Positions 25,401 to 42,500 of a stretch of 64,000 nt of DNA are shown piece after piece; positions within the stretch are counted from its first letter, which is position 1, and the number at the start of each line of letters is the position of its first letter. The position numbers and the translations under genes are program-made. The notes under the pieces were generated by a model. That model was not told where the DNA came from. It saw only the letters and a program-made list of their open reading frames with translations, and ran no database searches. The stretch comes from Eledone cirrhosa (lineage: Eukaryota): the NCBI GenBank assembly GCA_964016885.1, contig OZ024741.1, positions 408,022,001-408,086,000 of the forward strand, in the 5' to 3' direction.

Positions 25401-28400
25401 ACAATATAACATAGGTCAACACATAGCTGACTTCTGGTGACAACAACAACAACAATATAGCATAGGTCATCTCATAGCTGACTTCTGGTGACAACAATAA
25501 CGGTAATAATATAAAATAGGTCATCCCATAGCTGACTTCTGGTGACAACAACAACGGTAACAATATATCATGTTATCTCATAGCTGACTTCTGGTGACAA
25601 CAACAACGGTAACAATATAACATAGGTCATCACATAGCTGACATCTGGTGACAACAACAACAACAATATAACATAGGTCATCACATAGCTGACTTCTGGT
25701 GACAACAACAACAACAATATAGCATAGGTCATCTCATAGCTGACTTCTGGTGACAACAACAACGGTAACAATATATCATATGTTATCTCATAGCTGACTT
25801 CTGGTGACAACAACAACGGTAACAATATAACATAGGTCATCACATAGCTGACTTCTGGTGACAACAACAACAACAATATAACATAGGTCATCACATAGCT
25901 GACTTCGGGTGACAACAACAACAACAATATAGCATAGGTCATCACATAGCTGACTTCTGGTGACAACAACAACAACAATATAACATAGGTCATCAAATAG
26001 CTGACTTCTGGTGACAACAACAACAACAATATAACATAGGTCATCACATAGCTGACTTCTGGTGACAACAACAACGGTAACAATATAACATAGGTCATCA
26101 CATAGCTGACTTCTGGTGACAACAACAACGGTAACAATATAACATAGGTCATCTCATAGCTGACTTCTGGTGACAACAACAACGGTAACAATATAACATA
26201 GGTCATCTCATAGCTGACTTCTGGTGACAACAACAACGGTAACAATATAAAATAGGTCATCTCATAGCTGACGTCTGGTGACAACAACAACAACTATATA
26301 GCATAGGTCATCTCATAGCTGACTTCTGGTGACAACAACAACGGTAACAATATAAAATAGGTCATCACCTCGATGACTTCTGGTGACAACAACAACGACA
26401 ATATAGCATAGGTCATCTCATAACTGACTTCTGGTGACAACAACAACGGTAACAATATAACATAAGTCATCTCATAGCTGACTTCTGGTGACAACAACAA
26501 CAACAATATAACATAGGTCATCACATAGCTGACTTCTGGTGACAACAACAACAACAATATAACATAGGTCATCTTATAGGTTTCTTCTGGTGACAACAAC
26601 AACGGTAACAATATAACATATGTGATCTCATAGCTGACTTCTGGTGACAACAACAACAATAACAATATAGCATAGGTCATCTCAAAGCTGACTTCTCGTG
26701 AAAACAACAACAACAATATAGCATAGGTCATCTCATAGCTGACTTCTGGTGACAACAACAACGGTAACAATATAACACATGTCATCTCATAGATGACTTC
26801 TGGTGAAAACAACAACAACAATATAATATAGGTCATCTCATAGCTGACTTCTGGTGACAACAACAAAGGTAACAATATAACATAGGTCATCACATAGCTG
26901 ACTTCTGGTGACAACAACAACGGTAACAATATAACATAGGTCATCAGATAGCTGACTTCTGGTGACAACAACAACGGTAACAATATAACATAGGACATCT
27001 CACAGCTGACTTCTGGTGACAACAGCAACGGTAACAATATAACATAGGTCATCACATAGCTGACTTCTGGTGACAACAACAACGGTAACAATATAACATA
27101 GGTCATCACTTAGCTGACTTCTGGTGACAACAACAACGGTAACAATATAACATAGGTCATCTCATAGCTGGCTTCTGGTGACAACAACAACGGTAGCAAT
27201 ATAACATAGTTCATCACATAGCTGACTTCTGGTGACAACAACAACAACAATATAACATAGGTCATCACATAGCTGACTTCTGGTGACAACAACAACAAGA
27301 ATATAGCATAGGTCATCACATAGCTGACTTCTGGTGACAACAACAACAAGAATATAGCATAGGTCATCTCATAGATGACTTCTGGTGACAACAACAACAA
27401 GAATATAGCATAGGTCATCTCATAGATGACTTCTGGTGACAACAACAACAAGAATATAGCATAGGTCATCTCATAGATGACTTCTGGTGACAACAACAAC
27501 AAGAATATAGCATAGGTCATCTCATAGATGACTTCTGGTGACAACAACAACAACAATATAGCATAGGTCATCTCATAGCTGACGTCTGGTGACAACAACA
27601 ACAACTATATAGCATAGGTCATCTCATAGCTGACTTCTGGTGACAACAACAACGGTAACAATATAAAATAGGTCATCACCTCGATGACTTCTGGTGACAA
27701 CAACAACAACAATATAACATAGGTCATCACATAGCTGACTTCTGGTGACAACAACAACAACAATATAACATAGGTCATCTCATAGCTGACTTCTCGTGAC
27801 AATAACAACGGTAACAATATAACATAGGTCATCTCATAGCTGACTTCTGGTGACAACAACAACAACAATATAACATAGGTCATCACATAGCTGACTTCTG
27901 GTGACAACAACAACAACAATATAACATAGGTCATCACATAGCTGACTTCTGGTGACAACAACAACAACAATATAGCATAGGTCATCTCATAGGTGACTTC
28001 TGGTGACAACAACAACGGTAACAATATAACATAGGTCATCTCATAGCTGACTTCTGGTGACAACAACAACGGTAACAATATAACATAGGTCATCACATAG
28101 CTGACTTCTGGTGACAACAACAACAACAATATAGCATAGGTCATCTCATAGCTGACTTCTGGTGACAACAACAACGGTAACAATATAACATAGGTCATCT
28201 CATAGATGACTTCTGTTGACAACAACAACAACAATATAGCATAGGTCATCTCATAGCTGACGTCTGGTGACAACAACAACAACTATATAGCATAGGTCAT
28301 CTTATAGCTGACTTCTAGTGACAACAACAACGGTAACAATATAACATAGGTCATCACATAGCTGACTTCTGGTGACAACAACAACAACAATATAGCATAG

Positions 28401-31400
28401 GTCATCTCATAGCTGACTTCTGGTGACAACAACAACGGTAACAATATAACATAGGTCATCTCATAGATGACTTCTGTTGACAACAACAACAACAATATAG
28501 CATAGGTCATCTCATAGCTGACGTCTGGTGACAACAACAACTATATAGCATAGGTCATCTTATAGCTGACTTCTGGTGACACCATTAACGGTAACAATAT
28601 AACATAGGTCATCTCATAGCTGACTTCTGGTGACAACAACAACGGTAACAATATAACATAGGTCATCTCATAGCTGACTTCTGGTGACAACAGCAACGGT
28701 AACAATATAACATAGGTCATCTCATAGCTGACTTCTGGTGACAACAACAACGGTAACAATATAACATAGGTCATCTCATAGCTGACTTCTGGTGACAACA
28801 ACAACGGTAACAATATAACATAGGTCATCTCATAGCTGACTTCTGGTGACAACAACAACGGTAACAATATAACATAGGTCATCTCATAGCTGACTTCTGG
28901 TGACAACAACAACGGTAACAATATAAAATAGGTCATCACCTCGATGACTTCTGGTGACAACAACAACGACAATATAGCATAGGTCATCTCATAGCTGACT
29001 TCTCGTGACAATAACAACGGTAACAATATAACATAGGTCATCTCATAGCTGACTTCTGGTGACAACAACAACGGTAACAATATAACATAGGTCATCACAT
29101 AGCTGACTTCTGGTGACAACAACAACAACAATATAACATAGGTCAACAAATAGCTGACTTCTGGTGACAACAACAACAACAATATAACATAGGTCATCAC
29201 ATAGCTGACTTCTGGTGACAACAACAATAACAATATAGCATAGGTCATCTCATAGCTGACTTCTGGTGTCAACAACAACGGTAACAATATAACATAGGTC
29301 ATCTCATAGCTGACTTCTGGTGACAACAAGAACGGTAACAATATAACATAGGTCATCACATAGCTGACTTCTGGTGACAACAACAACGGTAACAATATAA
29401 CATAGGTCATCACATAGCTGACTTCTGGTGACAACAACAACGGTAACAATATAACATAGGTCATTTCATAGCTGACTTCTGGTGACAACAACAACGGTAA
29501 CAATATAACATAGGTCAGCACATAGCTGACTTCTGGTGACAACAACAACAACAATATAGCATAGGTCATCTCATAGCTGACTTCTGGTGACAACAACAAC
29601 GGTAATAATATAAAATAGGTCATCCCATAGCTGACTTCTGGTGACAACAACAACGGTAACAATATATCATATGTTATCTCATAGCTGACTTCTGGTGACA
29701 ACAACAACGGTAACAATATAACATAGGTCATCACATAGCTGACGTCTCGTGACAACAACAACAACAATATAACATAGGTCATCACATAGCTGACTTCTGG
29801 TGACAACAACAACAACAATATAGCATAGGTCATCTCATAGCTGACTTCTGGTGACAACAACAACGGTAACAATATATCATATGTTATCTCATAGCTGACT
29901 TCTGGTGACAACAACAACGGTAACAATATAACATAGGTCATCACATAGCTGACTTCTGGTGACAACAACAACAACAATATAACATAGGTCATCACATAGC
30001 TGACTTCTGGTGACAACAACAACAACAATATAGCATAGGTCATCACATAGCTGACTTCTGGTGACGACAACAACAACAATATAACATAGGTCATCAAATA
30101 GCTGACTTCTGGTGACAACAACAACGGTAACAATATAACATAGGTCATCACATAGCTGACTTCTGGTGACAACAACAACAACAATATAGCATAGGTCATC
30201 TCATAGCTGACGTCTGGTGACAACAATAACAACTATATAGCATAGGTCATCTCATAGCTGACATCTGGTGACAACAACAACGGTAACAATATAAAATAGG
30301 TCATCACCTCGATGACTTCTGGTGACAACAACAACGACAATATAGCATAGGTCATCACATAGCTGACTTCTGGTGACGACAACAACAACAATATAACATA
30401 GGTCATCAAATAGCTGACTTCTGGTGACAACAACAACGGTAACAATATAACATAGGTCATCACATAGCTGACTTCTGGTGACAACAACAACAACAATATA
30501 GCATAGGTCATCTCATAGCTGACGTCTGGTGACAACAATAACAACTATATAGCATAGGTCATCTCATAGCTGACTTCTGGTGACAACAACAACGGTAACA
30601 ATATAACATAAGTCATCTCATAGCTGACTTCTGGTGACAACAACAACAACAATATAACATAGGTCATCACATAGCTGACTTCTGGTGACAACAACAACAA
30701 CAATATAACATAGGTCATCTTATAGGTTTCTTCTGGTGACAACAACAACGGTAACAATATAACATATGTGATCTCATAGCTGACTTCTGGTGACAACAAC
30801 AACAATAACAATATAGCATAGGTCATCTCAAAGCTGACTTCTCGTGAAAACAACAACAACAATATAGCATAGGTCATCTCATAGCTGACTTCTGGTGACA
30901 ACAACAACGGTAACAATATAACACATGTCATCTCATAGATGACTTCTGGTGAAAACAACAACAACAATATAATATAGGTCATCTCATAGCTGACTTCTGG
31001 TGACAACAACAAAGGTAACAATATAACATAGGTCATCACATAGCTGACTTCTGGTGACAACAACAACGGTAACAATATAACATAGGTCATCAGATAGCTG
31101 ACTTCTGGTGACAACAACAACGGTAACAATATAACATAGGACATCTCACAGCTGACTTCTGGTGACAACAGCAACGGTAACAATATAACATAGGTCATCA
31201 CATAGCTGACTTCTGGTGACAACAACAACGGTAACAATATAACATAGGTCATCACTTAGCTGACTTCTGGTGACAACAACAACGGTAACAATATAACATA
31301 GGTCATCTCATAGCTGACTTCTGGTGACAACAACAACGGTAGCAATATAACATAGTTCATCACATAGCTGACTTCTGGTGACAACAACAACAACAATATA

Positions 31401-34400
31401 ACATAGGTCATCACATAGCTGACTTCTGGTGACAACAACAAGAACAATATAGCATAGGTCATCTCATAGCTGACTTCTGGTGACAACAACAACGGTAACA
31501 ATATAACATAGGTCATCTCATAGATGACTTCTGGTGACAACAACAACAACAATATAATAATATGTCATCACATAGCTGACATCTGGTGACAACAACAACG
31601 GTAACAAAATAACATAGTTCATCACATAGCTGACTTCCGGTGACAACAACAACGGTAACAATATAACATACGTCATCACATAGCTGACTTCTTGTGACAA
31701 CAACAACGGTACAATATAACATAGGTCATTTAATAGCTGACTTCTGGTGACAATAACAACGGTACAATATAACATAGGTCATTTAATAGCTGACTTCTGG
31801 TGACAACAACAACGGTAACGATATAACATAGGACATCTCATAGCTGCCTTCTGGTGACAACAACAACGGTAACAATATAACATAGGTCATCACATAGCTG
31901 ACTTCTAGTGACAACAACAACAACAATATATCATAGGTCATCTCATACCTGACTTCTGGTGACAACAACAACGGCAACAATATAACATAGGTCATCTCAT
32001 AGATGACTTCTGGTGACAACAACAACAACAATATAATAATATGTCATCACATAGCTGACATCTGGTGACAAGAGCAATGGTAACCATATAACATATGTCA
32101 TCACATAGCTGACTTCTGGTGACAACAACAACAACAATATAATAATATGTCATCACATAGCTGACATCTGGTGACAACAACAACGGTAACAAAATAACAT
32201 AGTTCATCACATAGCTGACTTCCGGTGACAACAACAACGGTAACAATATAACATTGGTCATCACATAGCTGAATTCTGGTGACAACAATAACGGTAACAG
32301 TATAACATAGGTCATCAGATAGCTGACATCTGGTGACAACAACAACAACAACAATATAACATAGGTCATCTCATAGCTGACTTCTGGTGACAACAACAAC
32401 GGTAACAATATAACATAGGTCATCACATAGCTGACTTCAGGTGACAACAACAACGGTAACAATATAACATAGGTCATCACATAGCTGACTTCTGGTGACA
32501 ACAACAACGGTAACAATATAACATAGGTCATTTTATAGGTTTCTTCTGGTGACAACAACAACGGCAACAATATAACATACGTTATCTAATAGCTGACTTC
32601 TGGTGACAACAACAACAATAACAATATAGCATAGGTCATCTCAAAGCTGACTTCTCGTGAAAACAACAACTACAATATAGCATAGGTCATCTCATAGCTG
32701 ACTTCTGGTGACAACAACAACGGTAACCATATAACATAGGTCATCTCATAGATGACTTCTGGTGAAAACAACAACAACAATATAATATAGGTCATCTCAT
32801 AGCTGACTTCTGGTGACAACAACAAAGGTAACAATATAACATAGGTCATCACATAGCTGACTTCTGGTGACAGCAACAACGGTAACGATATAACATAGGT
32901 CATCACATAGCTGACTTCTGGTGATAACAACAACGGTAACAATATAACATAGGTCATCACATAGCTGACTTCTGGTGACAACAACAACAACAATATAGCA
33001 TAAGTCATCTCATAGTTGACTTCTGGTGACAACAACAATGGTAACAAAATAACATAGTTCATCACATAGCCGAATTCTGGTGACAACAACAACGGTAACA
33101 ATATAAAATATGTCATCACATAGCTGACTTCTGGTGACAACAACAACGGTAACAATATAACATAGATCATCACATAGCTGACTTCTGGTGGCAACAACAA
33201 CGGTAAAAATATAACATAGGTCATCTCATAGCTGACTTCTGGTGAAAACAACGACAACAATATAACATAGGTCATCACATAGCTGACTTCTGGTGACAAC
33301 AACAAAGGTAACAACATAACATAGGTCATCTCATAGCTGACTTCTGGTGACAACAACAACGGTAACAATATAACATAGGTCATCTCATAGCTGAATTCTG
33401 GTGACAACAACGGTAACAATATAACATAGGTCATCACATAGCTGACTTCTGGTGACAACAACAACAACAATATAGCATAAGTCATCTCATAGCTGACTTC
33501 TGGTGACAACAACAACGGTAACAATATAACAGAGGACATCACATAGCTGACTTCTGGTGACAACAGCAACGTTAACAATATAACATAGGTCATCACATAG
33601 CTGACTTCTGGTGACAACAACAACGGTAACAATATAACATAGGTCATCACTTTGCTGACTTCTGGTGACAACAACAACGGTAACAATATAACATAGGTCA
33701 TCACATAGCTGACTTCTGGTGACAACAACGGTAACAATATAACATAGCTCATCTCATAGCTGACTTCTGGTGACAACAACAACAACAATATAACATAGGT
33801 CATCACATAGCTGACTTCTGGTGACAACAACAACAACAATATAACATAGATCATCACATAGCTGACTTCTGGTGACAACAGCGGTAACAATATAACATAG
33901 GTCATCTCATAGCTGACTTCTGGTGACAACAACAACGGTAACAGTATAACATAGGTCATCAGATAGCTGACTTCTGGTGACAACAACAACGGTAACAATA
34001 TAACATAGGACATCACATAGCTGACTTCTGGTGACAACAGCAACGTTAACAATATAACATAGGTCATCACATAGCTGACTTCTGGTGACAACAACAACGG
34101 TAACAATATAACATAGGTCATCACTTTGCTGACTTCTGGTGACAACAACAACGGTAACAATATAACATAGGTCATCACATAGCTGACTTCTGGTGACAAC
34201 AACGGTAACAATATAACATAGCTCATCTCATAGCTGACTTCTGGTGACAACAACAACAACAATATAACATAGATCATCACATAGCTGACTTCTGGTGACA
34301 ACAGCGGTAACAATATAACATAGGTCATCTCATAGCTGACTTCTGGTGACAACAACAACAACAATATAGCATAGGTCATCACATAGCTGACATCTGGTGA

Positions 34401-36599
34401 CAACAACGGTAACAATATAACATAGGTCATCTCATAGCTGACTTCTGGTGACAACAACAACGGTAACAATATAACATAGGTGATCACATAGCTGACTTCT
34501 GGTGACAACAAGAGCGGTAACAATATAACGTAGGTCATCACATAGCTGACTTCTGGTGACAACAACGGTAACAATATAACATAGGTCATCACATAACTGA
34601 CTTCTGCTGACAACAACAACAACAATATAACATAGGTCATCACATAGCTGACTTCTGGTGAAAACAACAACAACAATATAGCATAGGTCATCTCATAGCT
34701 GACTTCTCGTGACAACAACAACAATATAGCATAGGTCATCTCATAGCTGACTTCTGGTGACAACAACAACGGTAACAATATAACATAAGTCATCTCATAG
34801 CTGACTTCTGGTGACAACAACAACGGTAACAATATAACATAGGTCATCACATAGCTGACTTCTGGTGACAACAACAACGGTAACAATATAACATAGGTCA
34901 TCACATAGCTGACTTCTGGTGACAACAACAACAACAATATAACATAGGTCATCTCATAGCTGACTTCTGGTGACAACAACAAAGGTAACAATATAAAATA
35001 GGTCATCACCTCGATGACTTCTGGTGACAACAACAACGACAATATAGCATAGGTCATCTCATAGCTGACTTCTGGTGACAACAACAACAACAATATAGCA
35101 TAGGTCATCTCATAGCTGACTTCTGGTGACAACAACAACGGTAACAATATAACATAGGTCATCTCATAGCTGACTTCTGGTTACAACAACAACGGTAACA
35201 ATATAACATAGGTCATCACATAGCTGACTTCTGGTGACAACAACAAAGGTAACAACATAACATAGGTCATCTCATAGCTGACTTCTGGTGACAACAACAA
35301 CGGTAACAATATAACATAGGTCATCTCATAGCTGAATTCTGGTGACAACAACGGTAACAATATAACATAGGTCATCACATAGCTGACTTCTGGTGACAAC
35401 AACAACAACAATATAGCATAAGTCATCTCATAGCTGACTTCTGGTGACAACAACAACGGTAACAATATAACAGAGGACATCACATAGCTGACTTCTGGTG
35501 ACAACAGCAACGTTAACAATATAACATAGGTCATCACATAGCTGACTTCTGGTGACAACAACAACGGTAACAATATAACATAGGTCATCACTTTGCTGAC
35601 TTCTGGTGACAACAACAACGGTAACAATATAACATAGGTCATCACATAGCTGACTTCTGGTGACAACAACGGTAACAATATAACATAGCTCATCTCATAG
35701 CTGACTTCTGGTGACAACAACAACGGTAACAATATAACATAGGTCATCACATAGCTGACTTCTGGTGGCAACAACAACGGTAACAATATAACATAGGTCA
35801 TCTCATAGCTGACTTCTGGTGAAAACAACGACAACAATATAACATAGGTCATCACATAGCTGACTTCTGGTGACAACAACAAAGGTAACAACATAACATA
35901 GGTCATCTCATAGCTGACTTATGGTGACAACAACAACGGTAACAATATAACATAGGTCATCTCATAGCTGAATTCTGGTGACAACAACGGTAACAATATA
36001 ACATAGGTCATCACATAGCTGACTTCTGGTGACAACAACAACAACAATATAGCATAAGTCATCTCATAGCTGACTTCTGGTGACAACAACAACGGTAACA
36101 ATATAACATAGGTCATCTCATAGATGACTTCTGGTGACAACAACAACAACAATATAGCATAGGTCTTCTCATAGCTGACTTCTGGTGACAACAACAACGG
36201 TAACAATATAACATAGGTCATCACATAGCTGACTTCTGGTGACAACAAGAGCGGTAACAATATAACGTAGGTCATCACATAGCTGACTTCTGGTGACAAC
36301 AACAACGGTAACAATATAACATAGGTCATCACATAACTGACTTCTGCTGACAACAACAACAACAATATAACATAGGTCATCACATAGCTGACTTCTGGTG
36401 AAAACAACAACAACAATATAGCATAGGTCATCTCATAGCTGACTTCTCGTGACAACAACAACAATATAGCATAGGTCATCTCATAGCTGACTTCTGGTGA
36501 CAACAACAACGGTAACAATATAACATAAGTCATCTCATAGCTGACTTCTGGTGACAACAACAACGGTAACAATATAACATAGGTCATCACATAGCTGAC

Positions 36600-39500
36600 T
36601 TCTGGTGACAACAACAACGGTAACAATATAACATAGGTCATCACATAGCTGACTTCTGGTGACAACAACAACAACAATATAACATAGGTCATCTCATAGC
36701 TGACTTCTGGTGACAACAACAAAGGTAACAATATAAAATAGGTCATCACCTCGATGACTTCTGGTGACAACAACAACGACAATATAGCATAGGTCATCTC
36801 ATAGCTGACTTCTGGTGACAACAACAACAACAATATAGCATAGGTCATCTCATAGCTGACTTCTGGTGACAACAACAACGGTAACAATATAACATAGGTC
36901 ATCTCATAGCTGACTTCTGGTTACAACAACAACGGTAACAATATAACATAGGTCATCACATAGCTGACTTCTGGTGACAACAACAAAGGTAACAACATAA
37001 CATAGGTCATCTCATAGCTGACTTCTGGTGACAACAACAACGGTAACAATATAACATAGGTCATCTCATAGCTGAATTCTGGTGACAACAACGGTAACAA
37101 TATAACATAGGTCATCACATAGCTGACTTCTGGTGACAACAACAACAACAATATAGCATAAGTCATCTCATAGCTGACTTCTGGTGACAACAACAACGGT
37201 AACAATATAACAGAGGACATCACATAGCTGACTTCTGGTGACAACAGCAACGTTAACAATATAACATAGGTCATCACATAGCTGACTTCTGGTGACAACA
37301 ACAACGGTAACAATATAACATAGGTCATCACTTTGCTGACTTCTGGTGACAACAACAACGGTAACAATATAACATAGGTCATCACATAGCTGACTTCTGG
37401 TGACAACAACGGTAACAATATAACATAGCTCATCTCATAGCTGACTTCTGGTGACAACAACAACAACAATATAACATAGGTCATCACATAGCTGACTTCT
37501 GGTGACAACAACAACAACAATATAACATAGATCATCACATAGCTGACTTCTGGTGACAACAGCGGTAACAATATAACATAGGTCATCTCATAGCTGACTT
37601 CTGGTGACAACAACAACGGTAACAGTATAACATAGGTCATCAGATAGCTGACTTCTGGTGACAACAACAACGGTAACAATATAACATAGGACATCACATA
37701 GCTGACTTCTGGTGACAACAGCAACGTTAACAATATAACATAGGTCATCACATAGCTGACTTCTGGTGACAACAACAACGGTAACAATATAACATAGGTC
37801 ATCACTTTGCTGACTTCTGGTGACAACAACAACGGTAACAATATAACATAGGTCATCACATAGCTGACTTCTGGTGACAACAACGGTAACAATATAACAT
37901 AGCTCATCTCATAGCTGACTTCTGGTGACAACAACAACAACAATATAACATAGGTCATCACATAGCTGACTTCTGGTGACAACAACAACAACAATATAAC
38001 ATAGATCATCACATAGCTGACTTCTGGTGACAACAGCGGTAACAATATAACATAGGTCATCTCATAGCTGACTTCTGGTGACAACAACAACAACAATATA
38101 GCATAGGTCATCACATAGCTGACATCTGGTGACAACAACGGTAACAATATAACATAGGTCATCTCATAGCTGACTTCTGGTGACAACAACAACGTTAACA
38201 ATATAACGTAGGTCATCACATAGCTGACTTCTGGTGACAAGAGCAATGGTAACAATATAACATAGGATATCTCATAGTTGACTTCTGGTGACAACAACAA
38301 TGGTAACAATATAACATAGTTCATCACATAGCCGAATTCTGGTGACAACAACAACGGTAACAATATAAAATATGTCATCACATAGCTGACTTCTGGTGAC
38401 AACAACAACGGTAACAATATAACATAGGTCATCACATAGCTGACTTCTGGTGGCAACAACAACGGTAACAATATAACATAGGTCATCTCATAGCTGACTT
38501 CTGGTGAAAACAACGACAACAATATAACATAGGTCATCACATAGCTGACTTCTGGTGACAACAACAACAACAATATAGCATAAGTCATCTCATAGCTGAC
38601 TTCTGGTGACAACAACAACGGTAACAATATAACATAGGTCATCTCATAGATGACTTCTGGTGACAACAACAACAACAATATAGCATAGGTCTTCTCATAG
38701 CTGACTTCTGGTGACAACAACAACGGTAACAATATAACATAGGTCATCAAATAGCTGACTTCTGGTGACAACAACAACAACAATATAGCATAGGTCATCT
38801 CATAGCTGACTTCTGGTGACAACAACAACGGTAACAATATAACATAGGTCATCAAATAGCTGACTTCTGGTGACAACAACAACAACAATATAACATAGGT
38901 CATCACATAGCTGACTTCTGGTGACAACAACAACGGTAACAATATAACATAGGTCATCTCATAGCTGACTTCTGGTGACAACAACAACAACAATATAACA
39001 TAGGTCATCACATAGCTGACTTCTGGTAACAACAACAACGGTAACAATATAACATAGGTCATCTCATAGCTGACTTCTGGTGACAACAACAACAACAATA
39101 TAACATAGGTCATCACATAGCTGACATCTGGTGACAACAACAATGGTAACAATATAACATAGGACATCACATATCTGACTTCTGGTGACCACAACAACGG
39201 TAACCATATAACATAGGTCATCTCATAGCTGATTTCTGGTGACAACAACAACGGTAACAATATAACATAGGACATCGCATATCTGACATCTGGTGACAAC
39301 AACATCGGTAACAATATAACATAGGTCATCACATAGCTGACTTCTGGTGACAACAAAAACGGTAATAATATAACATAGGTCATTTAATAGCTGCCTTCTG
39401 GTGACAACAACAACGGTAACAATATAACATAGGTCATCACATAGCTGACTTCTGGTGACAACAACAACGGTAACAATATAACATAGGTCATCACATAGCT

Positions 39501-42500
39501 GACTTCTGGTGACAACAACAACGGTAACAATATAACATAGGTCATCACATAGCTGACTTCTGGTGACAACAACAACAACAATATAGCATAGGTCATCTCA
39601 TAGCTGACTTCTGGTGACAACAACAACGGTAATATTATAAAATAGGTCATCCCATAGCTGACTTCTGGTGACAACAACAACGGTAACAATATAACATAGG
39701 TCATCTCATAGCTGATTTCTGGTGACAACAACAACGGTAACAATATAAAATAGGTCATCACCTCGATGACTTCTGGTGACAACAACAACGACAATATAGC
39801 ATAGGTTATCTCATAGCTGACTTCTCGTGACAATAACAACGGTAACAATATAACATAGGTCATCACATAGCTGACTTCTGGTGACAACAACAACAACAAT
39901 ATAACATAGGTCATCACATAGCTGACTTCTGGTGACAACAACAACAACAATATAACATAGGTCATCACATAGCTGACTTCTGGTGACAACCACAACAACA
40001 ATATAGCATAGGTCATCTCATAGCTGACTTCTGGTGACAACAACAACGGTAACAATATAACATAGGTCATCTCATAGCTGACTTCTGGTGACAACAACAA
40101 CAACAATATAGCATAGGTCATCTCATAGCTGACTTCTGGTGACAACAACAACGGTAACAATATAACATAGGTCATCTCATAGCTGACTTCTGGTGACCAC
40201 AACAACAACAATATAGCATAGGTCATCACATAGCTGACTTCTGGTGACAACAACAACGGTAACAATATAAAATAGGACATCACATAGCTGACTTCTGGTG
40301 ACAACAACAACGGTAACAATATAACATAGGTCATCTCATAGATGACTTCTGGTAACAACAACAACAACAATATAGCATAGGCCATCTCATAGGTGACTTC
40401 TGGTGACAACAACAACGGTAACAATATAACATAGGTCATAACATAGCTGACATCTGGTGACAACAACAACGGTAACAATATAACATAGGTCATCACATAG
40501 CTGACTTCTGGTGACAACAACAACAACGGTAACAATATAACATAGGTCATCACATAGCTGACTTCTGGTGACAACAACAACGGTAACAATATAACATAGG
40601 ACATCACATAGCTGACATCTGGTGACAACAACAACGGTAACAATATAAAATAGGTCATTACATAGCTGACTTCTGGTGACAACAACAACGGTAACAATAT
40701 AAAATAGGTCATCACATAGCTGACTTCTGGTGACAACAACAACGACAATATAGAATAGGTCATCTCATAGCTGACTTCTGGTGACAACAACAAAGGTAAC
40801 AATATAACATAGGTCATCACATAGCTGACTTCTGGTGACAACAACAACGGTAACAATATAACATAGGTCATCACATAGCTGACTTCTGGTGACAACAACA
40901 ACGGTAACAATATAACATAGGTCATCACATAGCTGACTTCTGGTGACAACAACAACAACAATATAACATAGGTCATCTCATAGCTGACTTCTGGTGACAA
41001 CAACAAAGGTAACAATATAAAATAGGTCATCACCTCGATGACTTCTGGTGACAACAACAACGACAATATAGCATAGGTCATCTCATAGCTGACTTCTGGT
41101 GACAACAACAACAACAATATAGCATAGGTCATCTCATAGCTGACTTCTGGTGACAACAACAACGGTAACAATATAACATAGGTCATCTCATAGCTGACTT
41201 CTGGTTACAACAACAACGGTAACAATATAACATAGGTCATCACATAGCTGACTTCTGGTGACAACAACAAAGGTAACAACATAACATAGGTCATCTCATA
41301 GCTGACTTCTGGTGACAACAACAACGGTAACAATATAACATAGGTCATCTCATAGCTGAATTCTGGTGACAACAACGGTAACAATATAACATAGGTCATC
41401 ACATAGCTGACTTCTGGTGACAACAACAACAACAATATAGCATAAGTCATCTCATAGCTGACATCTGGTGACAACAACAACGGTAACAATATAACAGAGG
41501 ACATCACATAGCTGACTTCTGGTGACAACAGCAACGTTAACAATATAACATAGGTCATCACATAGCTGACTTCTGGTGACAACAACAACGGTAACAATAT
41601 AACATAGGTCATCACTTTGCTGACTTCTGGTGACAACAACAACGGTAACAATATAACATAGGTCATCACATAGCTGACTTCTGGTGACAACAACGGTAAC
41701 AATATAACATAGCTCATCTCATAGCTGACTTCTGGTGACAACAACAACAACAATATAACATAGGTCATCACATAGCTGACTTCTGGTGACAACAACAACA
41801 ACAATATAACATAGATCATCACATAGCTGACTTCTGGTGACAACAGCGGTAACAATATAACATAGGTCATCTCATAGCTGACTTCTGGTGACAACAACAA
41901 CGGTAACAGTATAACATAGGTCATCAGATAGCTGACTTCTGGTGACAACAACAACGGTAACAATATAACATAGGACATCACATAGCTGACTTCTGGTGAC
42001 AACAGCAACGTTAACAATATAACATAGGTCATCACATAGCTGACTTCTGGTGACAACAACAACGGTAACAATATAACATAGGTCATCACTTTGCTGACTT
42101 CTGGTGACAACAACAACGGTAACAATATAACATAGGTCATCACATAGCTGACTTCTGGTGACAACAACGGTAACAATATAACATAGCTCATCTCATAGCT
42201 GACTTCTGGTGACAACAACAACAACAATATAACATAGGTCATCACATAGCTGACTTCTGGTGACAACAACAACAACAATATAACATAGATCATCACATAG
42301 CTGACTTCTGGTGACAACAGCGGTAACAATATAACATAGGTCATCTCATAGCTGACTTCTGGTGACAACAACAACAACAATATAGCATAGGTCATCACAT
42401 AGCTGACATCTGGTGACAACAACGGTAACAATATAACATAGGTCATCTCATAGCTGACTTCTGGTGACAACAACAACGTTAACAATATAACGTAGGTCAT

